From a virus (Duplodnaviria > Caudoviricetes): 36,425 nt of DNA. The position numbers and the translations under genes were made by a program. Below, piece after piece: positions 8,499-16,283 of the stretch. Under the pieces are notes generated by a model, which made no database searches, was not told the DNA's origin, and was given only the letters and a program-made list of their open reading frames with translations. The DNA lies in IMG/VR virus record IMGVR_UViG_3300014877_000003, positions 1 through 36,425 of that record. The stretch is one strand, 5' to 3'. The first letter of the stretch is position 1; each line of letters begins with the position of its first letter.

Positions 8499-8678
8499 CT
8501 AGCTGGACCTCTTTTGCCAATGTGGAAGTTTCATCCTTTCTTCCACTAGTTTGTTATAAGCCGCGTCTTCCTCGGGAGTCATCTCCTTATTCTGCTTTTG
8601 AGCTTGCAACTTATCCATCAGCTTGTTGAAGAACTCCAAAGCTGCGGTCGCCATTGCTATCACTGCCATTGCTTGCAT
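8499..8678 (-). CDS. Small hypothetical protein (59 aa, below track cut-off)
   Basis: MQAMAVIAMATAALEFFNKLMDKLQAQKQNKEMTPEEDAAYNKLVEERMKLPHWQKRSS; A-rich leader; fills the gap. Confidence 0.7.
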   Translation of the reverse strand: MQAMAVIAMATAALEFFNKLMDKLQAQKQNKEMTPEEDAAYNKLVEERMKLPHWQKRSS

Positions 8679-8706
8679 AGTATTTCTTTCTTTGATTGTG
8701 GGGTGA

Positions 8707-9183
8707 TCACTTAGGCCACGCGGTAGCAGTGGCTAAGTCCGGCGGGTTCTCCAAATGAGACGCTTTGATCTCCGCCCGGGTGCGGACCGCAGGCGGCAGA
8801 TAGTTCGCTGCGGGCGTGGTCAGCGACTGCAAGTTGACCATGCTGTCTTCCATCGCCGTCCTATCCATAAGGGAGCGGGTGGACTTGTATGTCTTCGTGG
8901 CTAGCCGAAGACCGTTGTAGGCTTGCGGAAAGTTGTCCCGCAGCGTGTCAGCCGCCTGAATTACCGCGGGCGGAACAGATGCCCGGTTGTTGTATTCCCA
9001 CTCGAGAAACGTGTCGGCCATAGTGAACGAGAGCTTGGCTACCCGCTCCGCGTTCACAACCACTGCATCACTCCCGGGTTCCGTCTTACTGAAAAAGGCG
9101 CAACCAGGCAGAACGACAGCCGGAGCCGTTAAGCCCAACACCAGCGTCATCGCAAGCACTATTGATTGGAATCTTGTTTTCAT
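8707..9183 (-). CDS. Predicted lipoprotein (possibly lysis accessory/spanin-like)
   Basis: Basic N-terminus, hydrophobic stretch, lipobox-like VLPG-C; helical remainder. Confidence 0.65.
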   Translation of the reverse strand: MKTRFQSIVLAMTLVLGLTAPAVVLPGCAFFSKTEPGSDAVVVNAERVAKLSFTMADTFLEWEYNNRASVPPAVIQAADTLRDNFPQAYNGLRLATKTYKSTRSLMDRTAMEDSMVNLQSLTTPAANYLPPAVRTRAEIKASHLENPPDLATATAWPK

Positions 9184-9240
9184 GTTTTGATTTATTCTGC
9201 TGTCTTTTCGTCTGCCGTCCTCTCCTGGCTGGCTGTGAGC

Positions 9241-9957
9241 TTATCCCTCGACGACGGGCTTCGCTTCGGGTGCACTAGCAACCAAGCCCAGGTTCTTAGC
9301 CGTGGCGCCGGCGACTTGCAACTCGATGATTTCGGATATCTCTTCAATGCCTTCGCCGATATCGGCGTCAGCTTTGACGAGCACTTGCGTGGTCCCTGGA
9401 TTGTCGGAGCTCACCAGCAACGCCGACAAACCATCTTCGGCGACCTGGACTTCAGATTCGCCATCGATCTTTTCCCAAGTAGCTTTGCCGTCGATCTTAG
9501 CCGGGCGGCCGGTGTCCGTCTTCGGGTTCAGTGTCAGCGTTATTTGCTGCTCGTTTGTGATTTTGACTATCATTGTTTTCTCTTTCTCTTGTTGGACTTT
9601 GTTTGTCACAGGCCCGATCGTCCAATCGAATCGGGGCTGAGTAATCAGCTTGCTGAGACGTTTCTCAGTAGCCAATAAATCATCTTTCGTTACGGCGTCC
9701 CGCTTGTTGGGGATGCGGGACTCTAGCTGGGTGATGTAAGTCTTAACTGCAATCGTCGACTTCTCCAGATCCGCCTTGGTGGGAAGATTGCTTGTGTCGA
9801 CTTCGACTTTGATCTTAGCCAAGTCCTCTTTGCTGGGGAGCCGGGCTTCTAAGTCTAACAAGTCCTGAAGCCGCACGTCCCGGTTAGGGTGCGGCTTGGA
9901 AGGCTTGTTCGGTTGGTTGCCTTGATCTTTGGGACTGCGAAGAATGGGCTTAGGCAT
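9241..9957 (-). CDS. Hypothetical protein: (S/T)KxDL repeats plus C-terminal beta-sandwich-like domain
   Basis: Start moved to MPKPILR (AAGGA upstream of ATG 9957); LPSKEDL / LPTKADL / VTKDDL repeats; beta-rich domain from in-frame ATG 9573. Confidence 0.7.
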   Translation of the reverse strand: MPKPILRSPKDQGNQPNKPSKPHPNRDVRLQDLLDLEARLPSKEDLAKIKVEVDTSNLPTKADLEKSTIAVKTYITQLESRIPNKRDAVTKDDLLATEKRLSKLITQPRFDWTIGPVTNKVQQEKEKTMIVKITNEQQITLTLNPKTDTGRPAKIDGKATWEKIDGESEVQVAEDGLSALLVSSDNPGTTQVLVKADADIGEGIEEISEIIELQVAGATAKNLGLVASAPEAKPVVEG

Positions 9958-9970
9958 ATTTAGTTCCTTG

Positions 9971-10402
9971 TCATGGTGATTCCTGCTCCGGCGGCGGTTT
10001 AGACGACGGCTTGCTGCTCGGGAGAGCACTCTTGTTTCTCTCGTCCATCTGCCCCGCCTTGTAACTCTCCCGGTTGGCGTCGGCCATCCTCTGCTTTTCC
10101 ATATGATCCTCGTATTGCTGGCGGGACATCTCCGCAGCGGCCACATCAGTAGGATGGTTTGTGGCCGCTGCTTTGTCCTGCGAAAGAATCATGATAGTTC
10201 GCAAGGCGTTGCCCATAGCGCCGTTCACCAGCCCGTGAAGTTCCCGCATGCGCTGGGTTTGGTTGTTCACATAGATACGGGCTTCTTCCACTGCCGAGTT
10301 TGCTTGCTTGCGAGACTTCCAAGCGTGCCACTGCGTCATCAAAGCGACTAGGAAGATCCCAACTAAAGTGCCCCATTGAGCGGCTGTTTCAGTAGTAGTC
10401 AT
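9971..10402 (-). CDS. Single-TM membrane protein, holin-like candidate
   Basis: N-terminal hydrophobic helix WGTLVGIFLVALMTQW, basic residues, coiled-coil, LHGLVNG motif. Confidence 0.55.
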   Translation of the reverse strand: MTTTETAAQWGTLVGIFLVALMTQWHAWKSRKQANSAVEEARIYVNNQTQRMRELHGLVNGAMGNALRTIMILSQDKAAATNHPTDVAAAEMSRQQYEDHMEKQRMADANRESYKAGQMDERNKSALPSSKPSSKPPPEQESP

Positions 10403-10411
10403 TTTGATCTT

Positions 10412-10990
10412 TCACTTCTGCGGTGGCAAGGCAGACGGCACCGGCCCTATTCGAAGAGTCTCTCCGGGAATAGGCGGAGGGGACGAAGCAACTTCCCGAG
10501 TCACCCGCACGACGCCCCGGAAGAAACCGGGCGCGGTCAAGTCCGTGCCCATCGTCGCATACTCCGCCCAGGGCCCCGCGGGATCATTAGCCTTCTCCAC
10601 ATTGAACGCCAGCTGAACGACGTTTGTCTTTAAGTTGCCCGGAGGCGAGACGCCACGCGGGGTGAAATAATTTACCTCATTGGAGAAGTCGGACTCTAAG
10701 CCAGTCGCACTGTAAGCCGTCGCTGCGAAGTAGTATAGTTGATTGCGTGTGGGCAGCTGGATCGTCGCGTTGGTGACGTTGCCTAAGGCAGTCCGATTCG
10801 TATAAGCGCGGGAGCCCACGCCATAGTAGATGTTGTATCCCGTGACGCTGGCGTCCGGAGCAGGGTCCCATTGCAGCCGCACGGACGGTGGCGCATTGCT
10901 AGGGAAGAGGAAAGTAGCCGACTGGGCGCAGAATGCAGTGAGCAGAAGACTAACTGTTAATCCGATAGATAATATCTTTTTCATCCTCAC
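10412..10990 (-). CDS. Secreted fibronectin type III domain protein
   Basis: Signal peptide; VRLQWDP..VTGYNIYYG...YYFAATAY..GLESDFSNEV canonical FN3 pattern. Confidence 0.85.
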   Translation of the reverse strand: MRMKKILSIGLTVSLLLTAFCAQSATFLFPSNAPPSVRLQWDPAPDASVTGYNIYYGVGSRAYTNRTALGNVTNATIQLPTRNQLYYFAATAYSATGLESDFSNEVNYFTPRGVSPPGNLKTNVVQLAFNVEKANDPAGPWAEYATMGTDLTAPGFFRGVVRVTREVASSPPPIPGETLRIGPVPSALPPQK

Positions 10991-11010
10991 AACTATAAGA
11001 CCCGTCGTCC

Positions 11011-11415
11011 TTAGTTGCCAGCCGTAACTTGCTTGAGCAGTTCCTCGGAGGAGATGGGAGTATAGCGCCGCAGAACAATGCAGTTCTTTCTTAGGCTATC
11101 CAACACCAACTTTCTATCTTCCTCCGCAGCGATCGGGATCAGTCCTTCCAATTCATCAGAGCCCATAACACTGCCTATCACTCCCCCCAGGATCTTAAGG
11201 GACCCGCCTAACAGCTGATACTGATTAGCCATAACAGTGAACTGGTCACAGAGAGCGTTGTATCCATTCGCCTCCGACGCTTTTAAGTCCGCAGTAATGC
11301 GGGCCCAACGGTGCTCCACTTCTGCTAGTGAAATGCCTAGCTTCTTAGCGATCGTTGCGTCCGGGACGTTGCTCGCCTTAAGTTTGAATAAGTATCCGTC
11401 GTCAGTAACCTTCAT
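11011..11415 (-). CDS. Hypothetical protein with N-terminal HTH-like motif
   Basis: DATIAKKLGISLAEVEHRW. Confidence 0.65.
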   Translation of the reverse strand: MKVTDDGYLFKLKASNVPDATIAKKLGISLAEVEHRWARITADLKASEANGYNALCDQFTVMANQYQLLGGSLKILGGVIGSVMGSDELEGLIPIAAEEDRKLVLDSLRKNCIVLRRYTPISSEELLKQVTAGN

Positions 11416-11418
11416 ACA

Positions 11419-11955
11419 TTATACTCTCCGCAGCTTCCAGAACTGCATAATCGACCGCTCGCGCTCCCGCGTGCTTAGATGCCCGTGCAAGTGGGCCGGG
11501 TTGGCTTGGTGTCCCGTCTGCATGCCGTCGAATCCAACGATAGCAAACTTGCACTGGTGCTCTTTGAGCCAAGACAACAGGCAGAATCCGGTCGTGGGAA
11601 ACCGCCTTCCTATCTTCACCGCCAAGGGAAAACAAGTATGGATATGGCGGTCGTCCTCCGCGTAGATCACAGGACCCAGGCGGGCCTGGAAGTCGTCCAC
11701 GAACTTATCACGCTTCTTCGCCAGCTGCCGCGTCCAGGGGATAAAGATGGGGAAGACGGGCCGGGGCTCTATGTCCCGGAAGCCGTTCGCTACCCAGTGC
11801 GTCACCTTGCTGCCGGAGAACCCGCCCAAAACATAATTGTTGATGCGAATGACGGTGGCGTATTCCTCCTCCGGCACGGGCGTGAACAGGACCCCGTTGC
11901 CAACGACGAGGATGGGACGGGCTAGGCTATCCAGCCATGTCGAGTGTCCTAACAT
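11419..11955 (-). CDS. GT29-like (sialyltransferase-fold) glycosyltransferase
   Basis: Sialylmotif-like L (LVVGNG...VIRIN...GSKVT), S (PTTG...C...IVGFD) and VS (HLSTRE = HxxxxE). Confidence 0.72.
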   Translation of the reverse strand: MLGHSTWLDSLARPILVVGNGVLFTPVPEEEYATVIRINNYVLGGFSGSKVTHWVANGFRDIEPRPVFPIFIPWTRQLAKKRDKFVDDFQARLGPVIYAEDDRHIHTCFPLAVKIGRRFPTTGFCLLSWLKEHQCKFAIVGFDGMQTGHQANPAHLHGHLSTRERERSIMQFWKLRRV

Positions 11956-12758
11956 TTTTGAATCCACTCCAAAAGAATCTTCCGGTTGTTGTCCATCGTG
12001 GACTTGTAGACGGGATCGCTAGGGCCCGGGTGCCATTTGTGAATGAGGCAAAGCCGATTATTCCAATCCCAAAGTTGCTTTGCTTTCGGCCGACTGATCT
12101 CGTCACGGCATCTTCGCGTGACATTCTCCAAAGTGATCACGCCCGGCAGCGGGTCCCGGCCGAGCTGATATCGCTCCAGCATGTAAATCTGTTGGTAGTC
12201 CTCCCACCCATAACCGCGGAAACGCTCGTCACACCCGCCCAACTTCAAGTAAGTTCCGCGCCGGCAGATGAAATTAGTTGCGGCCGGGAGCAAGTAGGAA
12301 GAGGAGGAATAGGTCCGCGGACTCGCCATGACCGTGTTGTAAGTCTTCACGGACAGCGGCTCCTTATCGGGAAGTATCATCAAAAACCGCTTGTTAAGAT
12401 AAAACATTCCGCCGTTAAACCAGGCGCACGGGCTAGCGTGGGAAAGCACGGGGAGCAACTCGCAGAAGTAGTCCGTGTGCGGTAAGCTGTCTATATCTAA
12501 CTTCATGATCCACTCCGTGCCAGCTTGCTCCGCCCCTAAATTGTGGTAATGGCCGATAGACATGCCCGGACGTTCGAACTGGCAGAGGGCGTGGATGCTT
12601 GTGCCCTTAGTTTCTTCGTCCCACCAGCTAGGGACCGGCTCGCCCACAAAGTAGATGAGGTGCTGGACTTCCGGAAAGGTGGCAGCTTTGACGCACCGCA
12701 GCCACGTCCGCAAGGCGTCGGACCGGTTCCAGTAAGCCGTAATCGTAGTGAGCATCAT
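11949..12758 (-). CDS. GT2/GT7-like glycosyltransferase
   Basis: TAYWNR start, NLGA...WIMKLDID (DxD), LGGCDERFRGYGWED, HKWH. Confidence 0.85.
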   Translation of the reverse strand: MMLTTITAYWNRSDALRTWLRCVKAATFPEVQHLIYFVGEPVPSWWDEETKGTSIHALCQFERPGMSIGHYHNLGAEQAGTEWIMKLDIDSLPHTDYFCELLPVLSHASPCAWFNGGMFYLNKRFLMILPDKEPLSVKTYNTVMASPRTYSSSSYLLPAATNFICRRGTYLKLGGCDERFRGYGWEDYQQIYMLERYQLGRDPLPGVITLENVTRRCRDEISRPKAKQLWDWNNRLCLIHKWHPGPSDPVYKSTMDNNRKILLEWIQKC

Positions 12759-12952
12759 ATAGCTTTGAGATTGTCTAAGTCCAGCTTGGCTAGAATGCGC
12801 TTGGCTTCCACTCCCAGGCCCCCGTCCAACTTAGATGCGGCAGCCAGCAGCCGCCGAATGTCCGCCCACTCCGGCATGACTCGCTCGCGCAAAGCAATCT
12901 CCATCCGCACCCGCATGGCCTCCGGACTTGCTACGATTCTTCCCGTGCTCAT
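12755..12952 (-). CDS. Small hypothetical protein in the glycan island
   Basis: 65 aa with ATGA overlaps on both sides. Confidence 0.7.
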   Translation of the reverse strand: MSTGRIVASPEAMRVRMEIALRERVMPEWADIRRLLAAASKLDGGLGVEAKRILAKLDLDNLKAI

Positions 12953-13578
12953 ACCCGTTTGTAATAGCAGTCACCCCAACCCTGTTTCATCATCCGAGTT
13001 TCTCGCGCTTCGAACCCATAGCCAGCTAAGTAACCCGCAATCTCCGGCGCCAGCGGGCAGCCTTTGTAAAGTTCCCGGATATTGACCTCGATGTAAGCAT
13101 GGTCAAAATGCTGAAGCAGCCCGTCCATACCTTTGAGCGCGAGCAGTTCCGCCCCTTGCAAGTCGACGTTAAGGAACCAGCCCGGACCCACGCTCAGCTT
13201 GTGTTGGGCGAGCAACGTATCGACCCGCGTCGTCGTCATAGTAATCTGATTCACGAACTTGCAATCCGGATGCTCTACCGCATGCGTCCCAAATTGCAAG
13301 AAACTGGACGACTGCCCGCCGTTGTTAGCCACGTTAAACGTAACCTCCTCGCCGTCCTTGTCGCTCACGCAAGCCAGCAAAGCCATAGAACCCGGGTAAG
13401 GTGCAATATGACGGACGAGAGCCGCGTGGACAACGGGCAGGGCTTCCACCCAAATCACATTCTTAATCCCCTGAGCCGCGTAGGCTGCGGCCTCCTGTCC
13501 CGTGTTGGCTCCTAGGTGGAGGACTCCCGGAGTTTTGATTCGGTGCCGAAAAAACAATTCGTCAAATGGGATTAACAT
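12949..13578 (-). CDS. FkbM-family SAM-dependent methyltransferase
   Basis: LHLGANTGQE, WVEA, GQSSS, LNVDLQGAELLALKG, YIEVN. Confidence 0.92.
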   Translation of the reverse strand: MLIPFDELFFRHRIKTPGVLHLGANTGQEAAAYAAQGIKNVIWVEALPVVHAALVRHIAPYPGSMALLACVSDKDGEEVTFNVANNGGQSSSFLQFGTHAVEHPDCKFVNQITMTTTRVDTLLAQHKLSVGPGWFLNVDLQGAELLALKGMDGLLQHFDHAYIEVNIRELYKGCPLAPEIAGYLAGYGFEARETRMMKQGWGDCYYKRV

Positions 13579-14258
13579 GTGATGACCTTTTTAATATACT
13601 CAGCTGCGATTTCTTCCCGGTGGGCCCAGGTGGAAGGACCCGCTAGGTGAATGGTTGGCATTCCTAATTCCCAAGTCGTCCCGTCGCTCCAAATTTCCGG
13701 AGCGAAACAGCCGATCTCCTTCCCCGTGCAAGCGCGAATGCCTTTATACTCCCATTTGCGATTCAACTCATCCAAATACCATTGCTCCCAGGGCTCGTGG
13801 AGCATGCGTGTCAGCTTGCCCGGAACAATGAGCGGGGAGCCGTGCTCGCAGCGGTCAACCCACTCGTCCGTGAAGGTGCGGGCCGCTGGGCAGTTGCGCC
13901 ACACGGTCAGCCCAGCACAGAGGTAGGGCCACGCCGGCCAATTGGTTTGCTGATACGCTGCCATGAAATAATCCTCTATCATGTCCACCGTGCCTTGCAG
14001 CAAGTCCGCCAAGTCCACCCGGTAGTCCATGAAAAGCACGTCCGCATCGGCCCACAGAACGTAGTCGTATCCTTCCTTAAGGGCTTTGCTGATCTCGTGA
14101 ACTTTGGAATAGCTGGGATGCAAGTCCAGCCAGTAAAGTTCGCTCACCTCGACATATTCATAACCTCGCGCCAGCGCATACTCTTTATGATTTTGAATGA
14201 GCCCGTTGCACCACTGCCGGATGTTTGGCGTGGCGATTGTGAGTAGTATCTTCTTCAT
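13572..14258 (-). CDS. GT34-like (GMA12/MNN10 family) glycosyltransferase
   Basis: SYSKV...YDYVLWADAD (DxD), AGL..WRN, WEQ, IHLAG; start at MKKILL by ATGA coupling. Confidence 0.75.
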   Translation of the reverse strand: MKKILLTIATPNIRQWCNGLIQNHKEYALARGYEYVEVSELYWLDLHPSYSKVHEISKALKEGYDYVLWADADVLFMDYRVDLADLLQGTVDMIEDYFMAAYQQTNWPAWPYLCAGLTVWRNCPAARTFTDEWVDRCEHGSPLIVPGKLTRMLHEPWEQWYLDELNRKWEYKGIRACTGKEIGCFAPEIWSDGTTWELGMPTIHLAGPSTWAHREEIAAEYIKKVITC

Positions 14259-14818
14259 GGTTTTCGGAGCCACCAAGAGGGATAGTCCTTCTCTCCCGTC
14301 ACGCAGAGCACCGCGCTCAAACCGTTAGCAGCGACAAATTCGTTCACCGCTGTTTTCACTCCGTAGTCCCCGGAGGAAATCACACCATCCAAATAATCGT
14401 GGCCGGCGAAGATGCCACCCCGCTTTACCTTAGGCCACCAAAGTTGGATATCATCGCGTATAAATTCCAGCTTGTGGTTGGCGTCGATGTAAACGAAGTC
14501 GAAGAAGTCGTCGGGGAAGAGGACTACCGCCGCGTCGGAGAACAGGCGCATCACCCGCGACCTCCCTTTGTAGTGGGTGGACTTCTCCATCACTAGCTTG
14601 AAGCGGCGCTCCTGCTCCGCAGTGTTCTGGTTGCAATAATCAAGATAATCCCTCGTTAAGTGGAGCCAAGGATCTACCTGATAACAAGTGCCCGGCCACC
14701 TATCCAGCAAGTAGAAGCTGAAGCCTCCTTCCGCAACGCCAATCTCCACCGCATTGCCCGTCAACCCCAAGCTCACTAGATAAGGGGCGAAGTCATTTCT
14801 TTTTTGTGGTAGTTTCAT
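14255..14818 (-). CDS. Class I SAM methyltransferase (Methyltransf_24-like)
   Basis: AVEIGVAEG, VDPW, FDFVYIDANH, WWPKVKRGGIFAGHDY, YGVKTAVNEF. Confidence 0.92.
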   Translation of the reverse strand: MKLPQKRNDFAPYLVSLGLTGNAVEIGVAEGGFSFYLLDRWPGTCYQVDPWLHLTRDYLDYCNQNTAEQERRFKLVMEKSTHYKGRSRVMRLFSDAAVVLFPDDFFDFVYIDANHKLEFIRDDIQLWWPKVKRGGIFAGHDYLDGVISSGDYGVKTAVNEFVAANGLSAVLCVTGEKDYPSWWLRKP

Positions 14819-14821
14819 AAA

Positions 14822-15550
14822 TCACCATGGTCGTGCGATGCGCTTTGCGGGTATGAGCCGCTCCCACACCCTTTCACCTTCCCACTTGGGAACCTTGCCA
14901 ACGTAGGGAACCGCGTTGCCCGTGTCAATATAGGCTTGCTGGGAACCGCCGCGTTCGCTGATGCGTCCCGGCAACGGGCGGTTATACCAATAGAAAGGCT
15001 GATACTTCTTCTCGTTAATCCCTACGCTCAAGACATTGAGGGCCCGGAGCCGGCGGTCTAGCTCCTGGTCGTCGCCCGCATACTCCGCCCTATAGCCTCC
15101 TACCTTTGCGATGACGCTGCGGCGATAAGCCCAACATCCGTGATAGGCGCACCGGTTCCGCTTGGCGTTGTGCGTTTCGCATTGCACCCACTCTTCGTTT
15201 ACAAAGTCCATAGCGTGCTTAGGCTGGCAAACCTCCCCGGAATGCAGAGCCTCCGCCAGAGACTCCAGCCACCAGGGCATATAAATATCGTCGTCGTCCG
15301 CCTTGGCCAGCGCCTCGCTGTTAAAGGACGCGAGCGCGATCGCCGCATTGTTCTTTTCTCCTAGGCTCCGGAACCGGCGCGGGACAGAAATCAAGTGCCA
15401 GCGGTCCCCGCTTTGGTTCTCATACTGCCCGCCGTCATCCAAAATAATAAGCTCGCGGTTCTCGTAGGTTTGGTGCTCGAAGCAAGCAATGAGGCGCCCG
15501 AGCAGCTCGGGCCGGTTAAGCGTGGGACAGAATGCAGTGATCTTCATCAT
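14822..15550 (-). CDS. GT2-family glycosyltransferase
   Basis: CPTLNRPELL..QTYENRELIILDDG, SLGEKNN, ADDDDIY, GDD; start at MMKITAF coupled to the upstream stop. Confidence 0.88.
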   Translation of the reverse strand: MMKITAFCPTLNRPELLGRLIACFEHQTYENRELIILDDGGQYENQSGDRWHLISVPRRFRSLGEKNNAAIALASFNSEALAKADDDDIYMPWWLESLAEALHSGEVCQPKHAMDFVNEEWVQCETHNAKRNRCAYHGCWAYRRSVIAKVGGYRAEYAGDDQELDRRLRALNVLSVGINEKKYQPFYWYNRPLPGRISERGGSQQAYIDTGNAVPYVGKVPKWEGERVWERLIPAKRIARPW

Positions 15551-16278
15551 AATCGTTTCCATTCGCGCGGGACAATGTCTTTCACGTCTAGTCCTTGGTA
15601 TCCGGGGACGAACCACAACTTAGGCATGATCACTTGCTTGTTAGGATTCTGATTGAGCCAGGCTCCCCACCAGCTGAACGTGGAGGCGGAGCATATCTGA
15701 TGCTCGCAACCGGACATGAGGCAGAGGTCGTCGACCTCACTCCGCCCCTCGCTAAAGGTAATCCAGTCCTTACCACCAAACTGTTCCTTGCACCAAGCAA
15801 TGTCGTCGCTGAAGAAGACGAAGCGGTAGCCGGGAAAGAGCTTCATCGCCTGTTCAATCCAAACTTTCGGAACCGGCAGGTGTTTCTTGAGGAGCCGCAG
15901 GAAATCCCCGCGGCGGACGTGGACGGAGACAAAGCCCTTCCACTCCATCCACGACAGGTTCCAGGCGTCTAGCAGCTGGTCGCGGTAGTGCTTGAAATAT
16001 TTCTCCGATTGCCAGTAGCCATCGAGGATGATGTTCTTGTCCCGCCACTCGCTCTGGAACGGCAGCTCTTGAAAAGCAAAGCCCTTCTCCGCAATCAAAA
16101 CCTCCTGAAGGTCCGGGTCCCAGGCAGGGTTCACCAAATGCGGGAGGTAAACCGGGCCCTTCTTGGTGGGCTCCCCGGGGAGAGTGTAGTCCAGCCCGTG
16201 CTTCCAAGCATAAGCCGCTGCCGCAGCAGCTTGAAACAGAAAGTTTCCCATCCGTCCGTATGTGAGAGGCTTAACCAT
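15547..16278 (-). CDS. GT11 alpha-1,2-fucosyltransferase-like protein
   Basis: GRMGNFLFQ, GYWQSEKYF, VHVRRGD, FFSDD, STFSWWGAWL: all GT11 motifs. Confidence 0.93.
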   Translation of the reverse strand: MVKPLTYGRMGNFLFQAAAAAAYAWKHGLDYTLPGEPTKKGPVYLPHLVNPAWDPDLQEVLIAEKGFAFQELPFQSEWRDKNIILDGYWQSEKYFKHYRDQLLDAWNLSWMEWKGFVSVHVRRGDFLRLLKKHLPVPKVWIEQAMKLFPGYRFVFFSDDIAWCKEQFGGKDWITFSEGRSEVDDLCLMSGCEHQICSASTFSWWGAWLNQNPNKQVIMPKLWFVPGYQGLDVKDIVPREWKRL

Positions 16279-16283
16279 GCTAG

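Noticed and set aside
9958-10146. N-terminal extensions given by the ORF track (also 6222-6308, 15551-15616, 30113-30187)
   Set aside because: They overlap upstream genes; better-supported downstream ATGs have leaders or ATGA coupling
11419-16278. Classical Gtr-type serotype conversion cassette or captured host O-antigen locus
   Set aside because: No GtrA/GtrB/GtrC, Wzx/Wzy or multi-TM proteins; genes are co-oriented and coupled with phage head genes. Host-surface modification is not fully excluded
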